Shown: positions 1-16,294, numbered from the stretch's first letter. The stretch is 64,000 bases of DNA from Octopus vulgaris (GCA_951406725.2 OX597823.1:28148001-28212000), one strand, 5' to 3'. Notes: a model not told the origin generated them from the letters alone. Translations and numbers: made by a program.

Positions 1-177
1 TGTGTGTGTGTGTATGATAACTCCTCGTTGTACATATTAATGTATCATACTTGCTTGAAAGACGACGATATGACAAGTTCGTTGGTGCGTTGCTATACTT
101 CACCTTCAGTGTTCAGTTCTGGCAAAGGTCAATGTTTAGCTGACTTTCTTTTTCGGTGTCGATAAAATAATATCCAA

Positions 178-192
178 ACACACACACACACA

Positions 193-280
<88 letters not shown>
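178..280. repeat. (CA)n microsatellite; representative of dozens of CA/TA/TAGA/TATG/AG arrays in the window
   Basis: Direct dinucleotide run; it produces the CVCV/HTHT ORFs in the track. Confidence 0.98.
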
Positions 281-281
<1 letters not shown>

Positions 282-1089
282 CACACACACACGAACACAC
301 ATGCAGGTACACGCACGTACATTCACACACATATAAAGCTTTGGATTAATCCAAGTAAATCAGAGCTTGCTTTCTACGATGGAGTACCTAAGACGGAAAG
401 TATGCAGAAGAAATCTAACTGGATCCGCGCATGCCTACCTGCTTCCACCTAAATACCTGCAACAAGCTCATACTCATTTGCAAGCAAGTTAGCTCAGATC
501 TTTAAACTCATTTTAAAACTGTTGGTATAGAAATTGTCGTTGGCATCCCTCGTTTATGCGCCACTTTATAGGTAGAGCTTTTTCCACAACGCAACACTGC
601 AGCAGAAGAGGTACAACATCGTGTTGTCTACTGTCTACGCTCCACTCCAATAGAATACTTATACTGTCGGACAAAGTGCAGACGGATATCAGCAAATATC
701 TGCCTTGAATTAAGTAATACATGCGCTTAGTATTCCATCAAAGTCCTAGCTGTTGTTTCGTTACCAGGTCAGATGTCAACGTATTTCACTCATCGTGCGT
801 ATCGAATGATTTTGTCTCGCTCGAATCGAAGTCTACTCGCTTTTGCTCCGACAACACAACCTTCATATTTCACCTCAAATAACAGCCCCATACACTTTTA
901 ATGGATTTATAAAGTGTTTCACCATTTCTCGTGTGATCTTCACAGAAGTCTTACTGCTGTAATCTTTGAGAGGATTATCATCTATTCAATGACTATTTTC
1001 TCTGTAAATTTGAGGAACATGTCTACACAATGTCGCCTTTCTCAACACATCCAACGACTAGGTAGCAGAACTCTGCTAGCTCTTTCTTC

Positions 1090-1135
<46 letters not shown>

Positions 1136-1146
1136 GTATGTATATA

Positions 1147-1482
1147 AACTTAGATAAACTTAGATATGTTTCGACTAAAGATTGGTCCAGGCTGTGTCTA
1201 ACTTAATAGCATCATATGCACCTGATAGGATTATCTAAATCCTGTTTAAATCAAGTTTAGTTTTGTTCATGGTCCATTCAAGTAGTGAGTTCTTGTTGAG
1301 TGAGTTGTATCCAGGTATGGGTGGCTTATCCGGTATTCCTTGAAGAAATCTGTCCAGACTCCGTTTAAAGATTATGGGATCCTTTTCCTCTTTGATCCCT
1401 TTCAGGGACAATGTTAAACAGGGCAGGGCCTGTTGAGGAAAATATATTGTGTTGCAGTGTACATATATGTTGTGATCCTCGA
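1147..1482 (-). mobile_element. 3' end of a CR1/L2-type LINE (frameshifted ORF2 C-terminus, 3' UTR and short tandem tail)
   Basis: Minus strand reads ...HNIFSSTGPALFNIVP/.EIKEEKDPIIFKRSLDRFLQGIPDKPPIPGYNSLNKNSLLEW, typical of CR1/L2 ORF2 ends; tail is (AAACTTAGAT)2; the same terminus recurs at 34846-34920. Confidence 0.75.
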
Positions 1483-1488
1483 TGTGTG

Positions 1489-1540
<52 letters not shown>

Positions 1541-1744
1541 TGTAAGTGTGTGAATACGTGTCTGTACTTGTCTGTATTAACACACACAGAAACACACACA
1601 CGATGGACTTTGCCAAACGACCTGCACAAATGATTGGTTTATGGTGATCAAATGTATGTGCCGCCATATTAGATCGCTCTCTTCATCAAATCGGTGTCGC
1701 CTGAACAGGCGCAAAGTGAGTCACACGTCGACGAGATCGCACAT

Positions 1745-1850
1745 CAACGCGAGATTAAGTGTCTTGCTTAAGAACACAACTCACCACCCAGTTTAGGAAT
1801 TGAAACCACGATCACGCTGTCGTGAGTGAAACACCCTAACCACTAGGCCA

Positions 1851-1853
<3 letters not shown>
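1745..1853 (-). mobile_element. Degenerate tRNA/CORE-type SINE 5' fragment
   Basis: Similar to the head of the 49575-49912 SINE (aagtgtcttgct.aagaacacaac...ctaaccactaggccatgc). Confidence 0.6.
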
Positions 1854-1889
<36 letters not shown>

Positions 1890-1901
1890 TTACACACATA
1901 C

Positions 1902-1935
<34 letters not shown>

Positions 1936-1936
1936 G

Positions 1937-3873
<1,937 letters not shown>

Positions 3874-4029
3874 AATTAGAAATATTAAATTTCTAAATAT
3901 ATAAGTCATTTTAAAAATATTTTTATAAAAAAACTCGCTAAATAATCCGTTTAAGTGTTTGTAGTGTCCTGTGTTGTCCCTTCTATGTTTGATTGTAATA
4001 ATCGTAATAAAGAGAGAAGGCCATTCTAC

Positions 4030-4075
4030 TCTAGCCTGATGACGAATAAGACTCAGAAACATGCATGTCTCTAGA
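4030..4075 (+). ncRNA. Degenerate minimal type-I hammerhead ribozyme motif
   Basis: tctag-c-CTGATGA-(weak stem II)-GAAA-catgcatg-TC-t-ctaga; palindromic stem III ACATGCATGT and GUC triplet. Confidence 0.55.
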
Positions 4076-4235
4076 TGCTGGCCTAGCTGTTGGGGGTGCT
4101 TGTCTCCCCTTCGCAAAGATAAGGACGCAGGAAATGTGTCAAAGCCGACAGGAAGCGTGGATGCATCCTAGGGCTAACTAGCGGTGGTGTGATTCCCTTT
4201 ACGGGACTCTCACGTTAAGTTGACAGTATACAACT

Positions 4236-4342
<107 letters not shown>

Positions 4343-4483
4343 TTAAGCAACTTGTTGCAAAAAAACCTTATTATTATAATTATGTAAGTTTTTACCGAAT
4401 ATGGTCCTTTTCCATACCGAAATACTACTAGGTGAAATTTGTTGATTTTACTAAATTAATAATATTTCACCCTATATCTGTAA

Positions 4484-4545
<62 letters not shown>

Positions 4546-4883
4546 TGTATACACACATACACACACACACGCCCGTCCGCACACAGACATTCACACACAA
4601 ACACGCACCCACACACACATAACAAATATGAATATATTTTTGTATATTTAGGCAAATTGCCAGATTCATTTGAGCGTGAGATAAATATTGATGCGGAATA
4701 TGTTTCTCCTCTCTGGACTTGATCCGGATAATTTACCTGGTAACTTATTAGTGAACCCAAAAAATACGAAAAGTAAATTTGACCTCGGGGTGATTTGAAC
4801 TCAGAGAGCAGAGAACCAGAATGTATTTTACGTGGTATTCAATTTCACATTCTAATGAATCTAAGAATTCGCTTGCATGCATC

Positions 4884-5340
<457 letters not shown>

Positions 5341-5342
5341 CT

Positions 5343-7232
5343 GACATCTACTAACGCGGAAGTGCAGGACGCGATGGCAGAATGCTCGAGGGACACATCG
5401 CCGGGTTTCGATGGTCTACATTACGAGCTTTATCGTTGTATGCCAGACTTATTTGGAGACGTCTTGGCAGCGGTGTACTGTAACTGGCAGCAAAACGGGC
5501 GCATCCTCGGTTTAGTGAGCCGAGGAGCCGTAACACTGCTGAAAAAAGATCCAAACAAGGGGGACGTAATAGATAAGCTTAGGCTTATCACTCTGCTTAA
5601 TGCAGACTTAAAAATTTTGGCCAAGGTGTTAGCCAAGAGGTTAGCGCTTGTCATCGACAAACTGGTCAACGAGTCGCAAACGGGCCTGAGCATCCATGAC
5701 AACCTCCATCTGATGCGCTACATCATAGACAGGGTAGTTAAGGAACCTGGCATGGGTGGGGGCCTGATCAATTTGGATCAATCGAAAGCTTTCGATAGGG
5801 TAGACCATCGATTCTTGGAGGCTGTCCTCATAGCGGCTGGTTTCGGTCCCGTCTTCCGCGACTGAATAGCTGCTTTGTACAGAGGCATCCGTTCGGTAAT
5901 TCACGTAAATGGACATCTATCGAGACCTTTCGACATTGCACGTTCGGTCCGTCAGGGATACCCCCTCTCGTCGCTTCTATACCTATTGACTTTTGAGCCA
6001 TTTCTGCGGAAGCTGGTGACTCTGAGGGGTATATTGGAAGAATTGGGATGCGGGACGAGCGTGTCTGCATACGCAAACGACGTCACCGTCATAGTGTCTA
6101 GCCAAAAGCACATCGAGCTGGTCGGTGAGACACTGAAGGTCTATGAAGCGGCAACAGGAGCAAAAATCAACCGGGAAAATTCAGTGGGCTTGCGGCTCGG
6201 CACCTGGAGAAGCAACGGTCTGGTCGAGTTGCTCGGAGTCTGGTTTGGTCCGGACCTCCAAATGGAGAAAAACTAGAACGAGATAACGAGTAGGGGGTGG
6301 TCACTCTCACCCGGCAATGACCCGAGAGGAAGTTGTCCCTGAAAGATCGGGCGGAGGTGGTGAACACGAACATCGCGTCCGTCATCTACTACCGCCTGAC
6401 CGTCGTGCCTTGTCCCGACCCTACCATCACCAAACTAGAATACCTTCTCTTCCGCTTCTTGTGGAAAGGAGGCGTTCCGATGGTCAGGCGATCCAATTGC
6501 TGTCAACACCCGTAAAAAGGAAGGCTGGGCATGCCATGGTTGATGATGCACAGACACGCACCGAGACTGCCTCTCCGGCTCTACGTAGACTCTGTTGAGG
6601 AGGTTTGATAACCGTTTGTGAGGCATGCTTTCCAGCAGCTCGTTTCCATGTGGATCAAAAAGAGGCCGAGGAAGGGCGAATGGTACTGCGAGTGTCGCGT
6701 TGCTCTCAAGCAACTATGCCGTCCCTGGTCGACCTTGAGCAACTTCAACACAATCAAAGCGTTCTATAGGGAATTAGTGGTGGGGAGGTACGACGACGAT
6801 CTCGGAGCGAACCTGGGCGTCGACGAGGAATACCTGCCCAGCCTGTTCAAGACGACTTTCGGACTGGGACCTATGGACAACTTCCAGAGATCCATGGCCT
6901 GTCAGTGCTATCGAGAAGCGCTACCCGTTCGGGATAAGCTGTACAGACATGGCTCGACTATTGCCCAAAGTTCCCGTGGCCTTTTCCGTAGGGTTTTCTA
7001 TCCACGGACAAACCTAATCTGTTTTCCCTTTTTCATTCACATACACGATTCCTATTGATCAGCCCCACTTTGTTTTCACGATCCCTTTTGATCGGAATCC
7101 TCCTTTTTTTTTCACGATTCCTTTTGATCGGAATTGGCCCCTTCCTTCCCCCCTCCTCTTGTTCCCAAAAAGAAAAGCTCTCCTTTATATTTTGTCCTTT
7201 CTGTATCTAGCCCTGCGTGGCCAATAAAGAAA
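5343..7232 (+). mobile_element. 5'-truncated, decayed Tx1/L1-clade non-LTR retrotransposon (RT domain plus 3' UTR)
   Basis: Broken ORFs 5362-5865, 5875-6276, 6333-6515 and 6618-7058 carry SPGFDGL, ITLLNADLKILAKVLAKRL, NLDQSKAFDRVDH, SVRQGYPLSSLLY and AYANDV (YADD-like); premature stops and frameshifts; ends ...gtggccaataaagaaa then (TCTA)n. Confidence 0.92.
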
Positions 7233-7248
7233 TCTACCTATCTACCTG

Positions 7249-7325
<77 letters not shown>

Positions 7326-7458
7326 TTGTCTGTCTATCTATCCATCCATATATACATACATACATATCTGTCTGTCCATCTGTTCGTCTGTCTCTATATA
7401 TACACACATACATACATGGATACATTCAACAACACACATATATATGCATAGATTTTAC

Positions 7459-7496
<38 letters not shown>

Positions 7497-7721
7497 GTGT
7501 GTGTGTCTGTATATATATATATAAAACATTCATTCACACACACACACACACACGCTTACCCAACATAGGCCAAATATACATGCGATATTTGTACTCAGGG
7601 TACCCTGCGACAATTCTTGAAAAAGTAAAAACTAAATAGATAAAATGAACAAAACAAAATAAAAGTTTCCTCCACCCCACTTTATTTTCTTTCATAATCT
7701 TATGCTAACTTTCTTTTTCAG

Positions 7722-7798
7722 ACCTCACAGATTGCTTGCTTCAACGCAGACTACAAAAATCTCCCAATCAACGATTGGCGGAGGGATGTTTTAGTTTA
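7722..7798 (+). CDS. Possible terminal coding exon of an unidentified gene
   Basis: Branch-like gctaac plus ttctttttttcag acceptor; non-repetitive GC-richer island; frames give TSQIACFNADYKNLPINDWRRDVLV* or PHRLLASTQTTKISQSTIGGGMF*; followed by U-rich UTR-like sequence; no homology recognised. Confidence 0.3.
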
Positions 7799-8499
7799 AT
7801 TTATGTTTATTTGTTATTTTTATTGAAGTTTTATTTTACTTATTTTTTTCTTAATTTAAAAAAAAAATGTCGTCTGCTTTTTTGATATTTTTCTTTTGTT
7901 ACTCTTGTGTTATTGCTTTTTCGAATGTATCTTTTTAAAGCCATTTTGTAGTTTAAATAATTTTTTTCTGTTCTGTTTGTTTGCTGATTCTTGTTTGTTC
8001 TTTAATTATTTTTCAAAAATTCTGCTATTTTGTTTTTCTTTTACATTGCCCTTTTCTCTCTTCCTTTCTTCTTTCCTTCCTTCCTTTCGTCTTTTGTTTA
8101 TTTATTTCTTCTTTCGTCCTTTATTTCTTTGTTTCTTTCTCTCTTTGTTATTTTTTGCTTTGTTTCTTCAGGTCTTAGATGCAAAATCTCTCTCACTTTC
8201 TCTCTCTATGTATCTATCTATGTCTCTGTGTGTGTGTCTGTCAATATGTGCGTTACAATCTATTTGTCCAGGTTTTTGTGTGTATACATCTCTCTTCCTC
8301 TCTCTCACTTTTTTGCCAATATATCTATGTTTATACAATACACACGCACACACACACACACATACATACATACATACGTACATATCTGTATATGTATGCC
8401 TATAATGACCATGAGCACCACTTTGGGTATCTATTTGTACTCCTATCCGAATATCTCGTCTTTTCTCTTTTCCCCACTCACTCACTCACTCACTCATTC

Positions 8500-8576
<77 letters not shown>

Positions 8577-8864
8577 TTATCTAGTTGTCTGTCTGTCTAG
8601 CTGTCTGTTTATCTGTCTGCCTATGTATGTATGTATGTATGTATGTATGTATGTATGTATGTATGTATGTATGTATGTATCTGTCTGTCTGTCTGTCTGT
8701 CAGTCTGTCTGTCTGCCAGTCTGTCCAAAATGTGATAAATCGATTGAGTTCTCGGTCCGTCTGTCTGTTGTTAAAACATCCATCTCGTTGTTTCTTCCTC
8801 GTCTGCCAGACGCACTCTTTCGCTCAGTCTCCCTTACAGTATTTACAATGTTTACGGCCTTCCA

Positions 8865-9105
8865 AGGCGGAGCGCTGGCACAATTGTCAGCACGCTGCGC
8901 AACATGCTTATCGGCATTTCCTCTCTAATTAGTTCTAAGTTCAAATTCCGTCGTGGTCGACTTTGCCTTTCATCCTTTTAGAGTCGATAAATTAAGTACC
9001 AATTAAGCACTGGTATTAATGTAATCGTCTTACCCTCTCTTCGAAATTACTGGCCGAAATTGCTGGCGGATATTGCTGTCCCTGTACCATAATTTGAAGA
9101 AACCA
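8865..9105 (+). mobile_element. SINE-like repeat family C (core gtcgactttgcctttcatcctttcggggtcgataaaataagtaccag; resembles the Meta-SINE domain as I recall it)
   Basis: Related copies at about 13440-13570, 25928-26138, 29065-29288(-), 51085-51235, 51590-51800, 58412-58562 and 58973-59160. Confidence 0.75.
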
Positions 9106-9426
9106 ATATTTACTCATTCGCTTAAATTATTCTTTTCATTTTCAGCTTTCTTATTTACGTCATTCCAGTCACCAATTACCCTCTTCTTCACTTCCACAAA
9201 TTATTCGCACTACAACATTTTGTATTCAAAAGTATGGCCATTCCACTCTCTGGGTCGCAGTGATTCTGTCTGAGAGTTATGCTTAAGGGCACACATGTAT
9301 CTCAAACACCCAACCACTTATACGATAATCCATTGAACAGCAAATTCAGTTGATCGCACAACTAAATTCTCATCGTTATAATACAGGGACAACCATTTAT
9401 GTTTGTGTATGTATGTATATATATAA

Positions 9427-9658
9427 CGGGAAGCTTTATGAAAATAGACAAAAGACGAAGGTAGGTTTACGGAAATAAACAAAAGACGAAGGCAGGTGGA
9501 ATACAAACAAACAATTGTATTAGTATGGCGCTCAGGAATATAAATAAAACAAGTCTTTAACGTTTCGAGCCTACGCTCTTCAACAGAAAGATACACAGAG
9601 AAGAAACACAGAAAGAAGGAGAGAAAAAAATGCGTGCAGAGGCTAGCGAATCAACATG

Positions 9659-9660
<2 letters not shown>
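9427..9660 (-). mobile_element. Microsatellite-flanked Penelope-like/retrozyme-like repeat with hammerhead-like motif
   Basis: Related copies at 13099-13209, 21052-21210 and 58170-58366; minus strand 9591-9554 reads tcttt-CTGTTGAA-GAGCgtagGCTC-GAAACGTT-aaaga. Confidence 0.6.
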
Positions 9661-9689
<29 letters not shown>

Positions 9690-9984
9690 AGAAAAGGTGT
9701 AAATAATGGCCATTACACATTTTTTTTATTGTAATAAATTTGACTTACAACTGGTTCTAGTAGTCGTTATTAGTTCGTTATTGATAGGTTTGCTCAATCG
9801 GCCCATTGATCGGTTGAGAAAAATTGAACGACCTATGAAATTGTTACTACGTTCGTCAGTCATTTCCGGTTATAACACTGAAGGAATGGTACAGGCATGG
9901 GTGGGGGTGGGTGGTAGAAGAGAGGCAATAAGAATCAGTATATAAATATAAATTGTTAGATAGATAGATAGAGGGATAGATATG

Positions 9985-10331
9985 TTTCTTTATTAGCCAC
10001 ACAGGGCTGCACACAGAGAGAACAAATTACAAGGTAGAGCTTTTCTTTGGGGGGTAAAGAAAAGGGGGTTGGTTTTCGATCAAAAGGGATCGTAAAAGGA
10101 AAGAAAGAGGACAAAAAAAAGGGAGGATTTAAAAAAGGGGGGGAGAGGGAAAAAAAAAGAAAAGGGGAGAGGAAAAAAAAAGTTGATCAATAGGGATCGT
10201 AATCACAGAAATGTCAATATGAAGTGTAAAGGGGAGGACAGGTGAGGTTTACCCGTGGAAGGAAAAGCCTACGGAAAAAAACCACGGTAACCTCGGTCAA
10301 TGAAGTCACATGTTATATTTCTTTTTTTTTT
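9985..10331 (-). mobile_element. 3' UTR fragment of the Tx1-like element, inside (TAGA)n
   Basis: Reverse complement aligns to 6960-7232 (gaaaagctct...agccctgtgtggctaataaagaaa). Confidence 0.85.
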
Positions 10332-10403
10332 ATAGATAGATAGACAGACAGATAGATGAATAGATAGATAGGTATGTAGATAGGTAGTTAGACAGACAGA
10401 CAG

Positions 10404-10450
<47 letters not shown>

Positions 10451-10631
10451 CAGATAGGAAGATAGATAGATAGATAGACAGATACATAGATAGACAGATA
10501 AATGGATAGATAGATATAGGTAGAAGTGTGCAATTGTGTGCGTGTGTGTGAAAGTGCGTGAGTGTTTTTGTGTCTGTGAACAATCAATCCATCAGTCAGT
10601 CAGTCACTCACTCACTCACTCAATCAATCAT

Positions 10632-10685
<54 letters not shown>

Positions 10686-10859
10686 ATTTTGTTTATCTTT
10701 TGCTCTTTCCGATGTGAGGGAATACATTTCTATTAAATTAATTTCATCGAGTAGGCTTTCTTTAAAGTGTAAACTAACTTTTATTAAAGAAATTTATGTC
10801 ACTCGCTTTTTCGCGTATCCACGTTTACGTTTCTTCTCGCTCTCTTCCTCTCCGTCTCT

Positions 10860-10931
<72 letters not shown>

Positions 10932-11001
10932 CTTATATAAAACAATAAATAGCAAAAACATAATACAATAAGATAAAATAAAAATGGTTTGAAAAATAAC
11001 G

Positions 11002-11072
11002 CATTATTTGAACGTTTCATGGGTGAGGGAATTCCTTAATTTTTGAACATTAGCCCTTCATCAGAAATTATG
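11002..11072 (-). ncRNA. Type-I hammerhead-like motif
   Basis: Minus strand: cataattt-CTGATGA-AGGG...CCCAT-GAAA-cgt-TC-aaataatg; stem I has 7 of 8 pairs; palindromic AACGTT. Confidence 0.55.
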
Positions 11073-11357
11073 AAAGAAAGAGAGAAAATGAACCAATATA
11101 TAAAAAGGACAAAGGTCACACGAAGAAGTTGAATTGGTGGAAATGAAGCGAGAACGAGGCTCTAAGGAGGGAAGGGGTAGGTGTGTCGAAGAGTGTACCA
11201 ATGTGTTTCTGTGTCCCCGAATGGGTAAAAAGGGGAATGATGTCTGTGTGTGAGGTTATGTACTGAGATGCGTTTTACTAAGGTAGTATTGTAGCATTGG
11301 TTGGTGGAAGTGGGGATGTGTGTTTGTGTGCAAACGTGTATTTGTAATTGCTGAGTG

Positions 11358-11747
11358 AACGGAGGCGCAATGGCCCAGTGGTTAAGGCAGCGGACTCGCG
11401 GTCATAGGATCGCGGTTTCGATTCCCAGACCGGGCGTTGTGAGTGTTTATTGAGCGAAAACACCTAAAGCTCCACGAGGCTCCGGCAGGGGATGGTGGTG
11501 ATCCCTGCTGTACTCTTTCACCACAACTTTCTCTCACTCTTACTTCCTGTTTCTGTTGTACCTGTATTTCAAAGGGCCGGCCTTGTCACTCTCTGTGTCA
11601 CGCTGAATATCCCCGAGAACTACATTAAATGTACACGTGTCTGTGGAGTGCTCAGCCACTTACACGTTAATTTCACGAGCAGGCTGTTCCGTTGATTCGG
11701 ATCAACCGGAACCCTCATCGTCGTAACCCACGGAGTGCTTCCATTCC
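11358..11747 (+). mobile_element. Full-length tRNA-derived SINE, family A, with 12-bp target-site duplication
   Basis: Pol III A box TGGCCCAGTGG and B box GTTTCGATTCC; TSD aattgctgagtg at 11346-11357 and 11748-11759; second full copy at about 60955-61323(-). Confidence 0.92.
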
Positions 11748-11823
11748 AATTGCTGAGTGGTAATGAGACAGAGTATATGTGACGAAACGAGGACGAATTA
11801 CTGACGAAGTGCGCACTGCACGT

Positions 11824-11854
<31 letters not shown>

Positions 11855-12144
11855 CATACACGCAAGCTATGACATACAGATACACCACCCTCACATACAC
11901 TCATCTAGATATATTTATGCATGCGTATTCTTCACAGAGGATAATAAAAACGGAAACACGACCGGAGTTTTTCCAAAATAGCAAACCCCGCCAGGAATCC
12001 AACGTTGAATTAAATGGAGTGAGAGATTAAAACTACCATTTTCACTCTCTTTCTTCTCCCACTCACTCACTCACTCACTGTCACTCACTCACTCACTCTC
12101 TCTCTCTTTCTCTCTCTATTTCTCTATCTCCGTCTATTTATTTC

Positions 12145-12283
12145 TTAATATTTAGCAGAGGCAACAGGGTGACCCAGGGGCCGGGTGTTTCGTGCGTTTT
12201 GCTGATTGATAACTAGTTTGGTAAGCGCTAACGCACGGAACTTTTTGTCCTTGAGACTCTTGGTTGCTTCTGTTAAATATTAA
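12145..12283 (+). other. Long imperfect RNA-type hairpin with G-U pairs
   Basis: Five nested helices; all non-Watson-Crick pairs within them are G-U on the + strand. Confidence 0.6.
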
Positions 12284-12373
12284 TAAACAAAGATGCATAT
12301 ATATATATATAAAGATGGATAGAATATATATATATATATATATATAGATAGATAGATATAAGTAGATAGATAG

Positions 12374-12441
<68 letters not shown>

Positions 12442-12469
12442 TAGATAGAGAGATATAAATAGATAGATA

Positions 12470-12502
<33 letters not shown>

Positions 12503-12560
12503 AGATGGATAGTATATACATATATATATATATATTTAGATAGATATAGATAGATAGATA

Positions 12561-12625
<65 letters not shown>

Positions 12626-12705
12626 TAGATAGATAGATAATGTGCTACTTCGTCAGCAAAGTCACTGTACGATGATAAATAAGAACTCACATAATTTTAC
12701 TTCAA

Positions 12706-12812
12706 ATTTAAACTTACTGAAATAGATTGACATGTGTAAAGCCGTGGGTACCAAAAATGTATTTCGGCACCCACGGCTTCTCACATGTCATTCTGTTTCA
12801 GCAGGTTTAAAT
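12706..12812. repeat. Fold-back palindrome (about 50-bp arms), MITE-like
   Basis: atttaaac...tgacatgtg..aagccgtgggt pairs with acccacggctt..cacatgtca...gtttaaat. Confidence 0.85.
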
Positions 12813-13026
12813 AAGCTGTTGATTAAACTGCCAATACATATCTATATAAAATGGAAGTGAAAGAATATGGTCAAATAAAGTTTTTTTTAATAGGAAAACT
12901 ATTTATAGCGGATTGAATTCTGTTAGAAATTTATTCTTTTCTGATGTTCATTTTGGTCTATACAGAAATATTTCTAGTAATACTGTTTTGTGCACGCATA
13001 CATACAAATGTACGAACGTATACACA

Positions 13027-13100
<74 letters not shown>

Positions 13101-13601
13101 GAGAATTTACAGAAAACCAAAAGACGAAGACGGGTGTGTAAACAACAAACAGATGTATTAGTTTAACGCTCGGGAAGTGAGAAAGTATTTTAAGTTTCGA
13201 GCCTACGCTGTATATATACATGCATACACCCATATATACATATATACATAAATGCATACGCGCGCGCGCACACACACACACACACATATATGTATACCTG
13301 TATACGCACGAATACATGCATACATATACATACACATAAATTTACTGAATATCTCGTTTCTAAGTGTACTAACCTATGACGGTGAGGCACCAGTTTTGGT
13401 TACATTATTTCAATTTACTAGGATATTTAATCCATTTTTACGTTCTGAGTTCAAATTCCACCAAGGTTGACTCTTTTCGAATTTCCCTTTCATTTCACTC
13501 ATTCTTTTCGATGAAAAACTGGAGTAGATGTATTCGTCTAGACACACCACACAAAATTTCAAGCCTTGTGCGAATAGTAGAAATAAGTACTGCTGCTGCT
13601 G

Positions 13602-13649
<48 letters not shown>

Positions 13650-13657
13650 GAAGTACT

Positions 13658-14057
13658 GAGTGAGAGAGCAGCACATGCTATTAAAGTGTCACTTGGGTGC
13701 AAATATACAAAGTCCAATATATTGTTCACGACTATCCGTCTGATAAGGGTACACAGGCACATGCATTATAACGATAATTGCGCACCATGAAAACCTCAAA
13801 TCAAAATAAACAGTACAGGACCTTGCAAGTGGGGCCCAGTTAGAATTTTCTGCATGCCGAGTAGACCATCCCACTTAAAATGTCCCTGAATAATGGTTAT
13901 TTAAGGATGATGAACAATACACCCATGTTTTCAGAGGTGATGTGTTGAAACCCCAAAGAATTCCTCTCAATAGATAGCTATAATGCTCCTCCAATACATC
14001 TCGTGATAAGAGATGCACATATCATCAGCCACTGATTAAGTTCAAGCAATTGACAAA
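13658..14057 (-). mobile_element. Truncated copy of the 560-bp (TAA)n-associated non-coding repeat
   Basis: Collinear with 14080-14637 from the gagtgagagagcag end; lacks the other end. Confidence 0.85.
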
Positions 14058-14079
14058 CATTATTATTATTATTATTATT

Positions 14080-14774
<695 letters not shown>

Positions 14775-14791
14775 TATTATTATTATTATTA

Positions 14792-14844
<53 letters not shown>

Positions 14845-14847
14845 GTT

Positions 14848-15066
14848 ATTTTATGCTTGACTTTTGCTTTTCTATTTATACAAGTTGACTCTAAGTCTCA
14901 CCCAGAGAACCCAAGAGACAACAGGTTAAAAATTTCTGTTGGTGTTATGCCTGGGGTGCCATATCTTTGGTTTTGCACATAGGATTGTTTTAGAAACATA
15001 AAATTAAGAAAACATAAGAAAATTATAAGTTTGTTTTAAAATTTGAGATTACATAGACAGTATTAT
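14848..15066 (-). mobile_element. R4/Dong-like 3' end (ORF end ILSM* plus UTR)
   Basis: Minus strand ATACTGTCTATGTAA resembles the ...RALSM* end of the 15297 copy; followed by (TAA)n. Confidence 0.55.
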
Positions 15067-15104
15067 CATAATAATAATGATAATAATAATAATAATAATA
15101 ATTC

Positions 15105-15278
<174 letters not shown>

Positions 15279-15296
15279 TAATAATAATAATAATAA

Positions 15297-16097
15297 AAAG
15301 CCTATTAACCCGGAACTACCAGGCCAATGTGATGAAAAATGGAGCAGACCCAAAATGCCGATTCTGCAACGACATGATTGAAACAGTGGACCACCTAATC
15401 TCTGGATGTAAAGTCTTAGCTCCAGTGGAGTATAAATTAAGACATGACAGAGTTGGCCAATATCTACACTGGCTAATAAGTCGGCATTACAATATCAAAA
15501 CTGCCGACAAGTGGTATAATCACCATCCTGAGGCTGTAACTGAAGGAGAAAATGTAACCATTCTGTGGGACTTTCCAGTACATACAGACCGAACCATCAA
15601 GGCCAATAAAACAGATATTGTTGTGAAAGACCAAAATAATAAAGTTTGCTTATTGATCGACATGAGCATCCCCTGTGATCATAATATCCCAGCGAAAGAG
15701 TTTGACAAGCTCAGAAAATATAAAGACCTACTCATTGAAATTGAGAAAATGTGGCATCTCAAGGCGGTTACAATACCAGTGATCGTAGGAGCACTAGGAA
15801 TGATCAAGAAGGGGACCGAAAATTATATGAGAATGATCCCTGGCTTACCATCCCTGCAAGAAGTGCAAAAGATTGTCTTAACTGGTACATCACACGTATT
15901 GAGAAGAGCATTGTCGATGTGAGAACTGTTGCTGCTCATGTATTTTAATTTAACTTAAAAAATAAAAAAAATAAAAAATGAACGAACTATTAAGTTTGGT
16001 TTAATGGCCTACCAATGTATACTATGAGTTTCTTTGCCCTAGGAGTCGGGAAGACACTCGGCAAGAAATGGAAGCAAATTTGAAAGAAGAAAAAAAG
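15297..16097 (+). mobile_element. 5'-truncated R4/Dong-clade non-LTR retrotransposon, intact C-terminal frame
   Basis: CRFC...ETVDHLISGC zinc knuckle, RHD motif, ILWDF..TDR...NKTDIV..LIDMS restriction-like endonuclease, PVIVGALG; stop at 15920-15922; (TAA)n on both sides; the poly-Ile N-terminus of the ORF is microsatellite. Confidence 0.92.
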
Positions 16098-16127
16098 TAA
16101 TAATAATAATAATAATAATGATAATAA

Positions 16128-16193
<66 letters not shown>

Positions 16194-16195
16194 TG

Positions 16196-16228
<33 letters not shown>

Positions 16229-16235
16229 GTAATAA

Positions 16236-16294
<59 letters not shown>

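Noticed and set aside
11361-11435. tRNA gene
   Set aside because: tRNA-like head continues into a SINE body with TSD and dispersed copies
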